From Methylophilus sp. (GTDB lineage Bacteria; Pseudomonadota; Gammaproteobacteria; Burkholderiales; Methylophilaceae), in NCBI RefSeq assembly GCF_035460085.1, contig NZ_DATHWZ010000090.1:15006-79005 (forward strand): a DNA stretch of 64,000 bases, read 5' to 3'. Made by a program: the position numbers and the translations under genes. Below, piece after piece: positions 47,281 through 57,814 of this stretch. The notes under the pieces were generated by a model. It did not search any database. It saw nothing but the letters and a program-made list of their open reading frames with translations, and had not been told where the DNA came from. How positions within the stretch are numbered: the stretch's first letter is position 1; every line of letters begins with the position of its first letter.

Positions 47281-48882
47281 ATGAAACTCGCTATTGCTCA
47301 AATGAACAGCATGGTAGGCGCCATGCAGCAGAATGCTGAACATATTCTGGATTTAGCCAAACAAGCTTACGCTGAAGGCGCCCGCCTGTTATTGACCCCA
47401 GAGTTATCGCTGTGCGGATATCCACCGGAAGACCTGCTGTTCAGGCAGGACTTTTACGCAGCCAATCAACGCTCATTGCAATGGCTTGAACAGCATTTAC
47501 CTAGTGACATGGCGGTGGTGATCGGCCATCCCCAGGAAGTGGCGGGCAAGCGCTATAACGCTGCTTCAGTGATTCATTCCAGACGTATCCAGGCTACTTA
47601 CCACAAACACAATTTACCTAACTACAACGTCTTTGATGAAGAACGTTATTTTGAAGCGGGTGATGTTCCGGTGGTGTTTGAATGGCATGGTTCCCGCTAC
47701 GGCATTCTCATCTGTGCAGATATCTGGGAACCTGGGCCGGCATTACAGTCGCTACAAGCCGATGCGCAGGTGCTGTTGGTGATTAATGCCTCACCTTACC
47801 ACATGCAAAAGCAGTTGACCCGCTACCAGGTGTTGCGCGACCGCATCCAGGAAAACGGGCTAGCGATCATTTATGCCAATATGGTCGGCGGGCAAGACGA
47901 ACTGGTCTTTGATGGCGGCTCTTTCTCCATGAACAGCCAAGGCAAACTCATGCAGGAAATGTCTATGTTTAGGGATGGCCTTGGATATGTCTCGCTGAAG
48001 GATAATCAACCGCTTGCAGCAGACATCACTGAACACTTGCCTGTGGAGGCCAGTGTATATCAGGCCTTGCAGCTCGGCCTGAAAGATTATGTGAATAAAA
48101 ACCGGTTTCCCGGTGTGGTGTTAGGATTATCGGGTGGCATCGATTCTGCCTTGACGCTGGCTATTGCCGTAGATGCTTTGGGAAAGGAGCGCGTTAAGGC
48201 GGTGATGATGCCCTCGGAATTCACTGCTGATATGAGTATTGACGATGCCGCAGAAATGGCAAGGTTGCTGGATGTGGAATATAGCGTATTGCCAATCAAA
48301 CCTTTATTCAATGGGTTTTGCGAAACACTGGCTAAAGAGTTTTCCGGCAAAGCATTTGATACCACTGAAGAAAACTTGCAAGCGCGTATCCGTGGCATGC
48401 TGCTAATGGCAATCAGCAACAAGTTCGGCAATATGGTGATCACCACCGGGAATAAATCAGAGACAGCCGTTGGCTACAGCACATTGTATGGTGACATGGC
48501 GGGTGGGTTTGCGCTGATCAAGGATGTGCCAAAAACACTGGTTTACAAGCTGGCACGTTATCGCAACAGCCTCGGCCTGGTGATCCCGGAAAGAATCATC
48601 ACGCGTCCGCCGAGCGCCGAACTGCGTGCTGATCAAACTGACCAGGATAGTTTGCCAGCCTATGAGGTACTGGATGCCATTATGGAAGCTTATGCCGAGA
48701 AAGACCTTGGCATTGAAGATATTATCCAAAAAGGCTATTCAAGGGCTGATGTAGAACGGGTGACACGCCTGATAGATCGTAACGAATATAAACGCAGGCA
48801 GGCTGCAGTAGGTGTGCGTATTACTGAGCGAGGGTTCGGGAAAGACCGTCGCTATCCCATCACCTGTCACCTTTCATTTTAA
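47281..48882 (+). CDS. nadE: Glutamine-dependent NAD+ synthetase
   Basis: Nitrilase domain (PELSLCGY, YHK..LPNY.VFDE.RYF, IC.DIW); synthetase motifs GLSGGIDSA, ENLQARIRG, TGNKSE, YGDMAGG, PPSAEL, EYKRRQ. Confidence 0.97.
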   Translation: MKLAIAQMNSMVGAMQQNAEHILDLAKQAYAEGARLLLTPELSLCGYPPEDLLFRQDFYAANQRSLQWLEQHLPSDMAVVIGHPQEVAGKRYNAASVIHSRRIQATYHKHNLPNYNVFDEERYFEAGDVPVVFEWHGSRYGILICADIWEPGPALQSLQADAQVLLVINASPYHMQKQLTRYQVLRDRIQENGLAIIYANMVGGQDELVFDGGSFSMNSQGKLMQEMSMFRDGLGYVSLKDNQPLAADITEHLPVEASVYQALQLGLKDYVNKNRFPGVVLGLSGGIDSALTLAIAVDALGKERVKAVMMPSEFTADMSIDDAAEMARLLDVEYSVLPIKPLFNGFCETLAKEFSGKAFDTTEENLQARIRGMLLMAISNKFGNMVITTGNKSETAVGYSTLYGDMAGGFALIKDVPKTLVYKLARYRNSLGLVIPERIITRPPSAELRADQTDQDSLPAYEVLDAIMEAYAEKDLGIEDIIQKGYSRADVERVTRLIDRNEYKRRQAAVGVRITERGFGKDRRYPITCHLSF

Positions 48883-48933
48883 TTATTCCATTTCAGCACC
48901 GTGGCATTTGAATTAAAGGCAGCGGTTGCGTAG

Positions 48934-49302
<369 letters not shown>

Positions 49303-49379
49303 CCGCTGAAACTTGTTAATGCGCACAACGGCAGCTTTACCTCAAGTTGCCACCCCTCTGTAAATCACCAGGAAAATCA

Positions 49380-49724
49380 ATGAGTTTTACCCTGCTTAAA
49401 ACCATTGTACTACTTAGCATTTCAAACCTGTTTATGCTGTTTGCGTGGTATGGCCACCTCAAAAACCTCAGTACAAAACCCTGGATAATCGCCGCACTCA
49501 TCAGTTGGGGTATTGCCTTGGTGGAATACCTGTTTCAGGTGCCAGCCAACAGAATAGGCTTTACCCAGTTCAATCTGGCACAACTAAAAATCCTGCAGGA
49601 AGTCATCACGCTGGTGATCTTTGTGCCATTTGCCATTTTCTACATGCAACAGCCATTGAAATGGGATTATCTGTGGGCAGGCTTTTGCATCCTCGGTGCA
49701 GTGTATTTTATTTTCCGCACCTGA
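49380..49724 (+). CDS. DMT family small membrane protein (DUF486-type)
   Basis: SNLFM.FAWYGHLK, SWGIA..EY.FQVPANRIG, QLKILQEVITL motifs. Confidence 0.92.
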   Translation: MSFTLLKTIVLLSISNLFMLFAWYGHLKNLSTKPWIIAALISWGIALVEYLFQVPANRIGFTQFNLAQLKILQEVITLVIFVPFAIFYMQQPLKWDYLWAGFCILGAVYFIFRT

Positions 49725-49854
49725 CGTTCATATCCCGCTTCTACCACGTTTCATTTCTTGATGACCCTATCGGGCTATATCCTTCCATAGTCCGCATCAT
49801 TATGATTGCCACATCAACAAATCAGATCAACAACGTTAATCAGGGAGACATACA

Positions 49855-50346
49855 ATGAAAAAATTTCTAACCGCAGCTTTGATGTTAGCCAGTACTTCTG
49901 TTTTCGCTACAACCACTACGTTCAGTGGCTATGACCAGCCAGGTACAAACAATTCAAAAACCACAAAAATCAGTATTTCCTACACAGATAGCAGCTTCGA
50001 CCTGTCAGGCGTGCTGGATCCAAGTTTTAGATTGATTAATGAAAATAACTCAGGCTTGTATAACGGTTTAACATTAATCAGCGATGCCGATGATACTTTT
50101 ACATATTCACCAATCATCCTGCCTTTGCACGACTTTGACCTGACAAGATATACATTCAGTTTCTCAAATCTGGCAGCCGGCACTTATACATTACAATTCA
50201 ACTTGATCGCTGGTGGCAACTACACTGGTAGCTACACCATCTCTCCTGTGACTGTACCGGTACCAGAACCAGAAACCTATGGCATGATGCTGGTGGGTCT
50301 GGGCCTGATGGGTACTATTGCATTGCGACGCCAGAAAAACCGCTAA
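49855..50346 (+). CDS. PEP-CTERM sorting-domain surface protein
   Basis: GGGAG RBS; signal peptide; S/T/N/Y-rich body; C-terminal VPEPETYGMMLVGLGLMGTIALRRQKNR. Confidence 0.93.
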   Translation: MKKFLTAALMLASTSVFATTTTFSGYDQPGTNNSKTTKISISYTDSSFDLSGVLDPSFRLINENNSGLYNGLTLISDADDTFTYSPIILPLHDFDLTRYTFSFSNLAAGTYTLQFNLIAGGNYTGSYTISPVTVPVPEPETYGMMLVGLGLMGTIALRRQKNR

Positions 50347-50362
50347 TTTCTTAGCATGTCTT

Positions 50363-50399
50363 AAATAAAAAAGCCTCATTGAATGAGGCTTTTTTATTT
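50363..50399. terminator. Bidirectional intrinsic terminator between the PEP-CTERM gene and kdsB
   Basis: AAATAAAAAAGCCTCAT-tga-ATGAGGCTTTTTTATTT. Confidence 0.9.
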
Positions 50400-50450
50400 T
50401 CCAATCTAATCGGCTTGCTCAAATTGCCAAGGGCTAACGAGCGCCCTCCC

Positions 50451-51194
50451 TTATTTCAATCGCGAAAAGATGTCACGCACGGCATCCAGATCGGCCTGTG
50501 TATCCACACCGCTAGCCGGCGCATTTTCAGTGATCGTCACTGCAATTTTATAACCGTGATATAACACCCGCAACTGCTCTAGGCTCTCGATTTTCTCTAG
50601 TGCAGTGACAGGTAAACCGGCATACTGTTTGAGAAAACCGACACGATAGGCATAAATGCCAATGTGCCTATGGGCGACTAACTGCTCACGGTATTCAGCA
50701 TCCCGTGGATAAGGAATAGGCGCACGGCTGAAGTACAGTGCCTGGCCATTAGCATTTAACACCACTTTGACAATATTGGAACTCTCAAAGGCTGCCATGT
50801 CATGAATGGGATGGCAAGCCGTCGCCATGGCTGCTTGTGTATCCTGCGCCAAAGCCTGCGCGACTTCATTAATTAACAATGGGTCGATCAAGGGCTCATC
50901 ACCTTGCACGTTGACCACAATCGTCTCATCTGACCATCCCATTGTTTGCACGACTTCGGCAATGCGGTCAGTGCCCGAAGGATGATCTTCACGCGTCATG
51001 ACAAAGGCGAATCCAAATTGCTCAGCCACTTGCGTGATAGGTGCGTGGTCAGTGGCAATCACAACTTCACTGGCCTGGCTTTTGCTGGCAAGGATAGCCA
51101 CCTGAATCACCATAGGTTTACCGGCAATATCGAGTAAGGGTTTGCCCGGAAGACGGCTACTGGCAAAACGGGCAGGAATAACCACTTTAAACAT
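50451..51194 (-). CDS. kdsB: 3-deoxy-manno-octulosonate cytidylyltransferase
   Basis: VIPARFASSRLPGKPL, HPSGTDR, VNVQGDEP, YFSRAPIP, HIGIYAY, ESLEQLR motifs. Confidence 0.98.
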   Translation of the reverse strand: MFKVVIPARFASSRLPGKPLLDIAGKPMVIQVAILASKSQASEVVIATDHAPITQVAEQFGFAFVMTREDHPSGTDRIAEVVQTMGWSDETIVVNVQGDEPLIDPLLINEVAQALAQDTQAAMATACHPIHDMAAFESSNIVKVVLNANGQALYFSRAPIPYPRDAEYREQLVAHRHIGIYAYRVGFLKQYAGLPVTALEKIESLEQLRVLYHGYKIAVTITENAPASGVDTQADLDAVRDIFSRLK

Positions 51195-51203
51195 ACGACT
51201 ACC

Positions 51204-51386
51204 CTATTCTGTATATTCGTGTTCTTCCAGCCGGCGGGCTTCGTCTTCCAGCATCACAGGGATACCATCACGTACCGGATAAGCCAGGCGCGCAGACCTG
51301 GATATCAGCTCCTGCTTTTGTTTATCATATACCAGCGCCCCTTTGGTGACCGGGCAGACCAGAATTTCCAGTAACTTGGGATTCAT
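51204..51386 (-). CDS. ycaR: Trm112 family protein
   Basis: [13 protein letters not shown]...[17 protein letters not shown] motif; between lpxK and kdsB. Confidence 0.95.
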   Translation of the reverse strand: MNPKLLEILVCPVTKGALVYDKQKQELISRSARLAYPVRDGIPVMLEDEARRLEEHEYTE

Positions 51387-52402
51387 TTTAAATTTCCTTC
51401 GCGTTTTTTTAGCAGGTCAACCATGCAATCTGAGAATGTTTGCTGATGCCCTACCGGCGCCAGTTCGGCGGTGACCGGGAGGAACCATGCATTTGCCAAA
51501 TCAAGATGTCGACATTTTACGGCATCTTTCTCGGTCATCAGTATGGTTTTAGCTGTTGCACTCTCAAAATCCTTTTCAGTATATGCGTAATGATCCGCAA
51601 AAACTCTGGTTTCAAACACTAACCCCATGGCTGAAACCGAGTTGAAAAATCGGTGCGGGTGCCCTATTCCTGCGATTGCCAATAGCGGCCTCTGTTGCAA
51701 CGCCTGTACGCTAATCTTGCTGGCAAAATCAGAAACAGCCGTCCACTGACGCGCTTGTAATGATTGTTGGAAGCAGGCGGCTTTTACCCTAACGATAGGT
51801 AATTGCCCGGTTTCAACGATGACATCCACTTTTTGCAAGCGGCTCGGAGACTCGCGTAATGGCCCTGCAGGTAATAAACGACCGTTACCCAAGCCGTGCG
51901 GACGTTGCACAACCGCAATTTCAATATCCCGCTGCAAAGCATAATGTTGAAGGCCATCATCACAAATAAGGACATTCATTTGCGGATACCTCTGTAATAA
52001 AGCACGACCACTTTCTGCACGTAACGGGTGGACCCATACCGGGCACCGAGTCCGCTGTGCGATCAGCACCGGCTCATCGCCATAGTCCGCAGGCTCACTG
52101 GTAGGGCCGACTTCACCAGTTCTCTGGCCGCCATAACCGCGACTCAAAATGCCAGGATGATAACCTGCTGCCCGCAATGCATCTGCAAGGTAAATGACCA
52201 GGGGAGTTTTGCCAACGCCACCGACTGAAATATTGCCCACCACAATAACGCTGACCGGTAACCGTGTGCTGGGCAGAATCCCTAATCGATACAGCGACCT
52301 GCGCAATGCTGCCAGACCTGCGAACAGCCATGCGAATGGCAACAGCAGGCATTGCGCCCAGCCTGTATATTGCCACTGCTGTTCAAACCATCTGCGCCAC
52401 AT
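51383..52402 (-). CDS. lpxK: Tetraacyldisaccharide 4'-kinase
   Basis: [56 protein letters not shown] motifs. Confidence 0.97.
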   Translation of the reverse strand: MWRRWFEQQWQYTGWAQCLLLPFAWLFAGLAALRRSLYRLGILPSTRLPVSVIVVGNISVGGVGKTPLVIYLADALRAAGYHPGILSRGYGGQRTGEVGPTSEPADYGDEPVLIAQRTRCPVWVHPLRAESGRALLQRYPQMNVLICDDGLQHYALQRDIEIAVVQRPHGLGNGRLLPAGPLRESPSRLQKVDVIVETGQLPIVRVKAACFQQSLQARQWTAVSDFASKISVQALQQRPLLAIAGIGHPHRFFNSVSAMGLVFETRVFADHYAYTEKDFESATAKTILMTEKDAVKCRHLDLANAWFLPVTAELAPVGHQQTFSDCMVDLLKKREGNLK

Positions 52403-54156
52403 TAATCGTCTTGAAACTCTTTGTGATAAAGCCTGTTGTAGTAGCCATTCAGCGCCAGCAGCTCTTGATGTGAACCGGTTTCAATAATTTTGCCGTGATC
52501 CATCACGAAAATACGGTCAGCATTTTCAACGGTACTCAACCGGTGTGCAATCACAATAGTCGTCCGGTTTTGCATCAACCTATCCAGCGCATTTTGCACA
52601 TGCAACTCAGACTCACTATCCAGTGCAGACGTGGCTTCATCCAGCAATAGTATCGGCGCATTTTTCAGGATGGCACGCGCAATCGCGATGCGTTGCCTTT
52701 GACCGCCAGACAAACGCACACCACGATCGCCTATTTCACTTTGCAAACCTAACGGCATGTGCTGTATAAATTCCCAGGCATTGGCGGCTTTGGCTGCGGC
52801 AATCACTTCTTCTTCGCTGGCATTGCGTAACGCGCCATAGGCAATATTATTGAAGATGCTGTCGTTGAATAGCACGATATCCTGGCTCACCAGTGAGAAC
52901 TGTGCACGCAGGCTACTCAGCTGATAATCGCGTACATCCACACCATCAAGCGAAACCGTGCCCTCCTGAACTTCATAAAAACGGGGCAACAGGTTGACCA
53001 GTGTGGTTTTGCCACTGCCGGAACGACCGACCAGCGCCACTTTCTCACCAGCCCGCACATCAAAACTAAGCTTGTTTAATGCGCTTTTCTTCGCCTGAGG
53101 GTAACGCACGGTCACTTCCTTGAAGCTCAGCTCTCCGCGTGCATGCGCAACGCGGTAGTCGCCACTCTCGCGCTCGTTATCCAGATCCATCAGCTCGAAT
53201 ACACTCTGTGCAGCTGCCAGGCCAACCTGCACATCCTCATTTGCAGCCGTGATATGTTTAATGGGCGCGATCAGCATCAGTAAGGCGCCAACAAAAGCGG
53301 CAAATTCACCTACTGTGAACTGCCCCAATGCGTAGTACACCACCAAACCCAAAGCCACCGCAGATAAAATCTCGATAACAAAGCTATTCAGGCCGGATAT
53401 CCTGGCAGTGCGTAATTCCAGCGTGCGATTTTTTGCGACCACGTTGGCAAATCGCTCATTCTCGAAGGTTTGCGCACCAAAAATCTTGACTATGCGTTGT
53501 GCAGAAATGGCCTCTTCTGCTGTTTTAGTGATTTCTCCCACTGCTTCCTGTACCTTTTTAGCATTGGCGCGCAACTTCGGTGTAGAGCGGGCAAGATACA
53601 TGGCCATTAATGGCGCCACGCCAGCAAACACCAGCGTCAGCTTCCAGTCCAGGTAAATCATGTAGGCAACCAGGCCAATCACGGTCAGCACATCACGTAA
53701 GACATTTAACGCAGAACGGGTGACAACATTAGAGAGACGCTCAATGTCATAAGTGAGTTTAGAAACCAATAGTCCGTTGGAATTGGCATCAAAAAAACTG
53801 ACTGGCAACATCAATAGCTTGGAGAACACCTGGTTACGCAAGATCTCAACCACTCGGCGCGCAACAATACGCAGACTATATGATGAAAAGAAACCGGCCA
53901 GCGCACGCACAGCCATCAGGCCAAACAACATCAAAGGCAATAGCAGCATTTCCTGCGCAGACGCTTTCACAAATCCATCATCAGTGATTTTTTTGATCAA
54001 AGCCAGAAAAGCTGTATTACTGGTGGACAATACAGCCGTTGCCAGCATAGAGACTAAGAAGTGCAGCTTGAATTGCCAGGCGTAAGCAATTAATCGCCGG
54101 TATAACTGGCCGGGATTAACGATTTTTGTCTGTTCAGATTTCTGTCTACGGGACAT
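52402..54156 (-). CDS. msbA: Lipid A export ABC transporter
   Basis: TM domain plus GRSGSGKTT, LSGGQRQR, LLLDEATSALD motifs; TAATG coupling to lpxK. Confidence 0.96.
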   Translation of the reverse strand: MSRRQKSEQTKIVNPGQLYRRLIAYAWQFKLHFLVSMLATAVLSTSNTAFLALIKKITDDGFVKASAQEMLLLPLMLFGLMAVRALAGFFSSYSLRIVARRVVEILRNQVFSKLLMLPVSFFDANSNGLLVSKLTYDIERLSNVVTRSALNVLRDVLTVIGLVAYMIYLDWKLTLVFAGVAPLMAMYLARSTPKLRANAKKVQEAVGEITKTAEEAISAQRIVKIFGAQTFENERFANVVAKNRTLELRTARISGLNSFVIEILSAVALGLVVYYALGQFTVGEFAAFVGALLMLIAPIKHITAANEDVQVGLAAAQSVFELMDLDNERESGDYRVAHARGELSFKEVTVRYPQAKKSALNKLSFDVRAGEKVALVGRSGSGKTTLVNLLPRFYEVQEGTVSLDGVDVRDYQLSSLRAQFSLVSQDIVLFNDSIFNNIAYGALRNASEEEVIAAAKAANAWEFIQHMPLGLQSEIGDRGVRLSGGQRQRIAIARAILKNAPILLLDEATSALDSESELHVQNALDRLMQNRTTIVIAHRLSTVENADRIFVMDHGKIIETGSHQELLALNGYYNRLYHKEFQDD

Positions 54157-54177
54157 GCAAACTCTCGGGGGATACTA

Positions 54178-54208
54178 TAAACAAATAGCCCGCCAAAGTT
54201 GACGGGCT
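54178..54208 (-). terminator. Terminator-like hairpin between exbD and msbA
   Basis: On the - strand AGCCCGTCA-actt-TGGCGGGCT (one G-U pair) is followed by ATTTGTTT. Confidence 0.5.
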
Positions 54209-54245
54209 TGTTTGCAGGCAATCACAGCAAGCTGCAACTCACACA

Positions 54246-54674
54246 TTAATTTGAGTTCACCTGTGTTGCAAAGGTGATATGGGTGTAATTCGCCATGCGG
54301 GAGGCTTCCATAATATTAATTACCGACTGATGCGTGGCTTTTGCATCGGCGTTGATGATGATGGTGGGTTCCTTACCGGCCGGGCCGCTGGCGGCTGCTT
54401 GCGTTAATGCGTTAGACAAGTCGGCGACTACCGCCCCATTCGCTTCTTTACCGTTTACCAGATAACGGCCACTGGCATCGACTTCAACCGTAATCGTCAA
54501 AGGTTTTTCCTGCGGCGAACTGGCGTCTGCGGTCGGTAAGTTGATTTGCAGTTCGCTGGTACGTGAAAAAGTGGCACTGACGATCAGGAAAATAATAATC
54601 ACCAGCAACACATCAATCAGTGGAATAAAGTTAATTTCTAACTCTTCGTCGCGGACACCACGCTTGAAATTCAT
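54246..54674 (-). CDS. exbD: ExbD/TolR family protein
   Basis: EINFIPLIDVLLVIIIFLIV, INLP.A, I.AD..A.HQ.V..IM motifs. Confidence 0.93.
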   Translation of the reverse strand: MNFKRGVRDEELEINFIPLIDVLLVIIIFLIVSATFSRTSELQINLPTADASSPQEKPLTITVEVDASGRYLVNGKEANGAVVADLSNALTQAAASGPAGKEPTIIINADAKATHQSVINIMEASRMANYTHITFATQVNSN

Positions 54675-54710
54675 AAATTACCTTGGCCTTGAATCTTGAC
54701 TGCGATCAGC

Positions 54711-55316
54711 TTAATTGCGATCGCCATGAATAATTTCAACCAGCTTGATGGCTTGCTGTTCCATATCCACCAGGAAACCGTCTACTCTACTGCGGAAATA
54801 GCGGTAGGCAATCATGGCTGGCACAGCGACCACAATACCCGCGGCCGTGTTGTAAAGTGCCACTGAAATACCGCGTGCGAACTGGGCCACATCGTGGCCG
54901 CTGTTGGTGAACGAACCAAACAGTTCGACCATACCAATCACAGTACCCAATAAGCCGAGCAATGGCGCAACGGTGGCGATCGTGCCCAGGGTTGGCAGGT
55001 ACTGCTCCAGCTTGTGGGCTACGGCACGGCCAGTTTCTTCAATCGCTTCTTTAGTGATTTCACGAGAATTACCGATATTGGCGAGTGCGCTGGCAAAAAC
55101 TTTGCCTAACAGGGAGTGTGCTTCCAGGCGGCTTAAGGTCTCACGGGTGATGCCACCCTGCTTGAGCCAGTTTTGTACTTCAGGCAATAATTGATCAGGA
55201 GTGACGACTGATGCGCGCAAGGCCCAGGAACGCTCCACAATAATCGCCAGTGCAATGACTGAAGCAATAACCAGAGGCCAGATTGGCCATCCGGCCGCTA
55301 AAATGATTTCCCACAC
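54711..55316 (-). CDS. exbB: MotA/TolQ/ExbB proton channel protein
   Basis: AGWPIWPL, TIATVAPLLGLLGTV.GM, GISVALYNTAAG motifs. GTG 55316 preferred because GGAG lies 8 nt upstream; the track start is 55325. Confidence 0.92.
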   Translation of the reverse strand: MWEIILAAGWPIWPLVIASVIALAIIVERSWALRASVVTPDQLLPEVQNWLKQGGITRETLSRLEAHSLLGKVFASALANIGNSREITKEAIEETGRAVAHKLEQYLPTLGTIATVAPLLGLLGTVIGMVELFGSFTNSGHDVAQFARGISVALYNTAAGIVVAVPAMIAYRYFRSRVDGFLVDMEQQAIKLVEIIHGDRN

Positions 55317-55400
55317 AGCAAACACTCCAGTTGTTTTTAAACTTCCGCTACTTTAGCGTTAACCAGCCTTAAGGGCAAGTTTTGTCCAGTATCTGCGCCG

Positions 55401-57806
55401 TTACAATTCCCAGTAATGCGGTTCTATTTGCCGCCAGCGTTTTACTTCTGGCACCTGGCCTGATAAGAAATCAATCAAGATGGCGCCATCGTTGTCAGAT
55501 CGCAAGCTTATCGTGCCGATTGCTTCATAACGTGAAATTACTTCCGGTTTGGGATGCCCGAAGCGGTTAAGATAACCCACAGTAGCGATGGCAATCGCAG
55601 GTCGAGTCGCGTTAACAAAACCGATATTGGAAGAAGTTTTACTGCCATGATGCGGCATGGTCATCACGGTTGTCGCTAACTGATCCGGCGATGATTCCAG
55701 CAACCAGCGTTCGGCTTCTTTCTCGATATCACCCGTCAGCAGCAAGCTGCCATGCGATGATTTAATCTGAAGCACACAACTTTTATCATTATCTTTTACA
55801 TCCGAATTCTCGTTTTTGGCGGGGGAAAGCATGCGGAAACTAATATTGTCCCACTGCCATTGCTGACCCTGGTAACAAGGTTGCTGTCGCAAAATTGGCG
55901 GAGTTGGCAACCCTTGAATTTGTTTGAAGAAATCAGACGCCGGCGTCAGTGAACTCAATAGCTCTCCTGCCGATACACCAGCTAGCACTGAAGCCATCCC
56001 ACCAGAATGGTCGTTGTCATCGTGAGAAATCACCACTGTATCCAGATAACTCACGCCCAGATGACGTAAATAAGGAAGTACGATGCGCTGACCAGCATCG
56101 CTTTCCTCATTGTAAGCGGGCCCGGCGTCATAAAGCATACTATGGTGCGCAGTCTGCACCAGCACACTGAGTCCCTGCCCGACATCCAGCACCGTTACCC
56201 GCATTTGACCCGGCTGCAATGCGACTTGCCCAGGCATCAATAATAGTGGAAGCCATAATAGTAGTCCGGCCCAGCGCAACGGCCAGCCTCGCGGCATTAA
56301 CCACACCAGCATACCAGCCATCGCCAGCAGCCAGGCCCAGATTGGTGGCGTGGATAAATAACAGACCGCGCCCGGCAATTGACGTAACCATAGCAATCCA
56401 TGCGCGCACCACTCCCACAGCGTAGCGGCCAGGTGTAACGAAAAGTCGAGTGGCAGGATAGCGCCAGCGATGGCAAGCGGCACGATAGCCAGGCTGACTA
56501 CCGGAATCGCAAAACCATTTGCAAGTGGCGAAACCAGTGAAAGCTGGTTGAACAGTAAAATAAGTACCGGTACAAATGCCAGCGTAATTACCCACTGGGT
56601 TTGCAATGCACTTTGCCACCAGCGCGCTGGTCGTAGCCGGCCACTCATGGCAAAGGCCAGAATAGCCACTGCACCGAATGATAGCCAAAAACCCGGCGCC
56701 ATTACCGCCCAGGGATCCAGCACCAGCACTACCCATACCGCAGCACTTAATACCCAAGAAAAAGGTAATCGCTGCTTGAGGCTAAGCATGGCAATCATGG
56801 TCAGCAACATCAATAATGTACGTTCGGTGGGGATAGAAAAGCCGGCCAAGGCAGAATAGGTAATCGCCACTAGCGCACCGCCGGCGCCGGCTGCCAGCCT
56901 TGATGGTATTCGCAATGCCAGACGTGGTCGCAGCCTCCAGATCCAGCCGATGAAGAGATATCCCATAGAAGCCAGCATGGTGATGTGCAGGCCTGAAATA
57001 CTGACTAGATGATTGATACCCGTATCCACAAACAGCTGCCAATCTGCCCTGGCAATCTGGCTATCATCACCGATCACTAACGCTCGCAGTACGGCACTTT
57101 GCGGGGTGATTCCCAACACTTTTTCTATGCGATGCCCCACAGTAGCACGCCAATAAGCAATCAAGGCCGATGGTTGCCACACTAGTCTTTGCAACCGGCG
57201 CATTGGCGTTTTGCTCACAATAGCTCCACTCGCGCCGATGTTATTTGACAGGCACCAGGCGGCATAATCAAAGCCATGCGGGTTTCTGGTTCCATGCGGG
57301 CGCTTTAGTCTGACACTCCATTGCCAACGCTCCCCTGCTTGCAAAGTCGGGAACACAGATGACGCTTTGACTGACTCGCCACGGTAAGATTGATTATAGA
57401 GATGCAATCGTACCCGCTTAGGCATGGGGCAATCTGCCTTGAAACTGCGCTCAATAGCAAAGTCCACATGTTGCCCGCGGGCATCACGTTCAGGCACACT
57501 GACAATCACGCCCTGGACAGGAATGACTTGCTGCTCACACGCTGAAGGTAATTGTGACTGTAATCGATACCAAGCGCGCATTTGCGACCAGGCGAAACCC
57601 ATGACCGCCACCAGCAGTATCAGAAATAATTTACGAAAACTGGATTGATATGATTGAACACGAAAGTGTTCTGGAAACCTGCAAATAAGCCAGCTGGCAC
57701 TTAACACACCGAGCCAGCCTAGCCATATGCCTAAAGACCACAATCGCGGTTGTTGCTGAAACAGCCACACACCAAACAATAACCCGACTGTGGCGCCCGG
57801 CAGCAT
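55401..57806 (-). CDS. comEC: DNA internalization competence protein ComEC/Rec2
   Basis: NPHGFDY, GINHLVSISGLHI, GFWLSF, DVGQG, SHDDNDHSGG, LLTGDIE, PHHGSKTSS, NRFGHP motifs. Confidence 0.96.
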   Translation of the reverse strand: MLPGATVGLLFGVWLFQQQPRLWSLGIWLGWLGVLSASWLICRFPEHFRVQSYQSSFRKLFLILLVAVMGFAWSQMRAWYRLQSQLPSACEQQVIPVQGVIVSVPERDARGQHVDFAIERSFKADCPMPKRVRLHLYNQSYRGESVKASSVFPTLQAGERWQWSVRLKRPHGTRNPHGFDYAAWCLSNNIGASGAIVSKTPMRRLQRLVWQPSALIAYWRATVGHRIEKVLGITPQSAVLRALVIGDDSQIARADWQLFVDTGINHLVSISGLHITMLASMGYLFIGWIWRLRPRLALRIPSRLAAGAGGALVAITYSALAGFSIPTERTLLMLLTMIAMLSLKQRLPFSWVLSAAVWVVLVLDPWAVMAPGFWLSFGAVAILAFAMSGRLRPARWWQSALQTQWVITLAFVPVLILLFNQLSLVSPLANGFAIPVVSLAIVPLAIAGAILPLDFSLHLAATLWEWCAHGLLWLRQLPGAVCYLSTPPIWAWLLAMAGMLVWLMPRGWPLRWAGLLLWLPLLLMPGQVALQPGQMRVTVLDVGQGLSVLVQTAHHSMLYDAGPAYNEESDAGQRIVLPYLRHLGVSYLDTVVISHDDNDHSGGMASVLAGVSAGELLSSLTPASDFFKQIQGLPTPPILRQQPCYQGQQWQWDNISFRMLSPAKNENSDVKDNDKSCVLQIKSSHGSLLLTGDIEKEAERWLLESSPDQLATTVMTMPHHGSKTSSNIGFVNATRPAIAIATVGYLNRFGHPKPEVISRYEAIGTISLRSDNDGAILIDFLSGQVPEVKRWRQIEPHYWEL

Positions 57807-57814
57807 GATATCAG

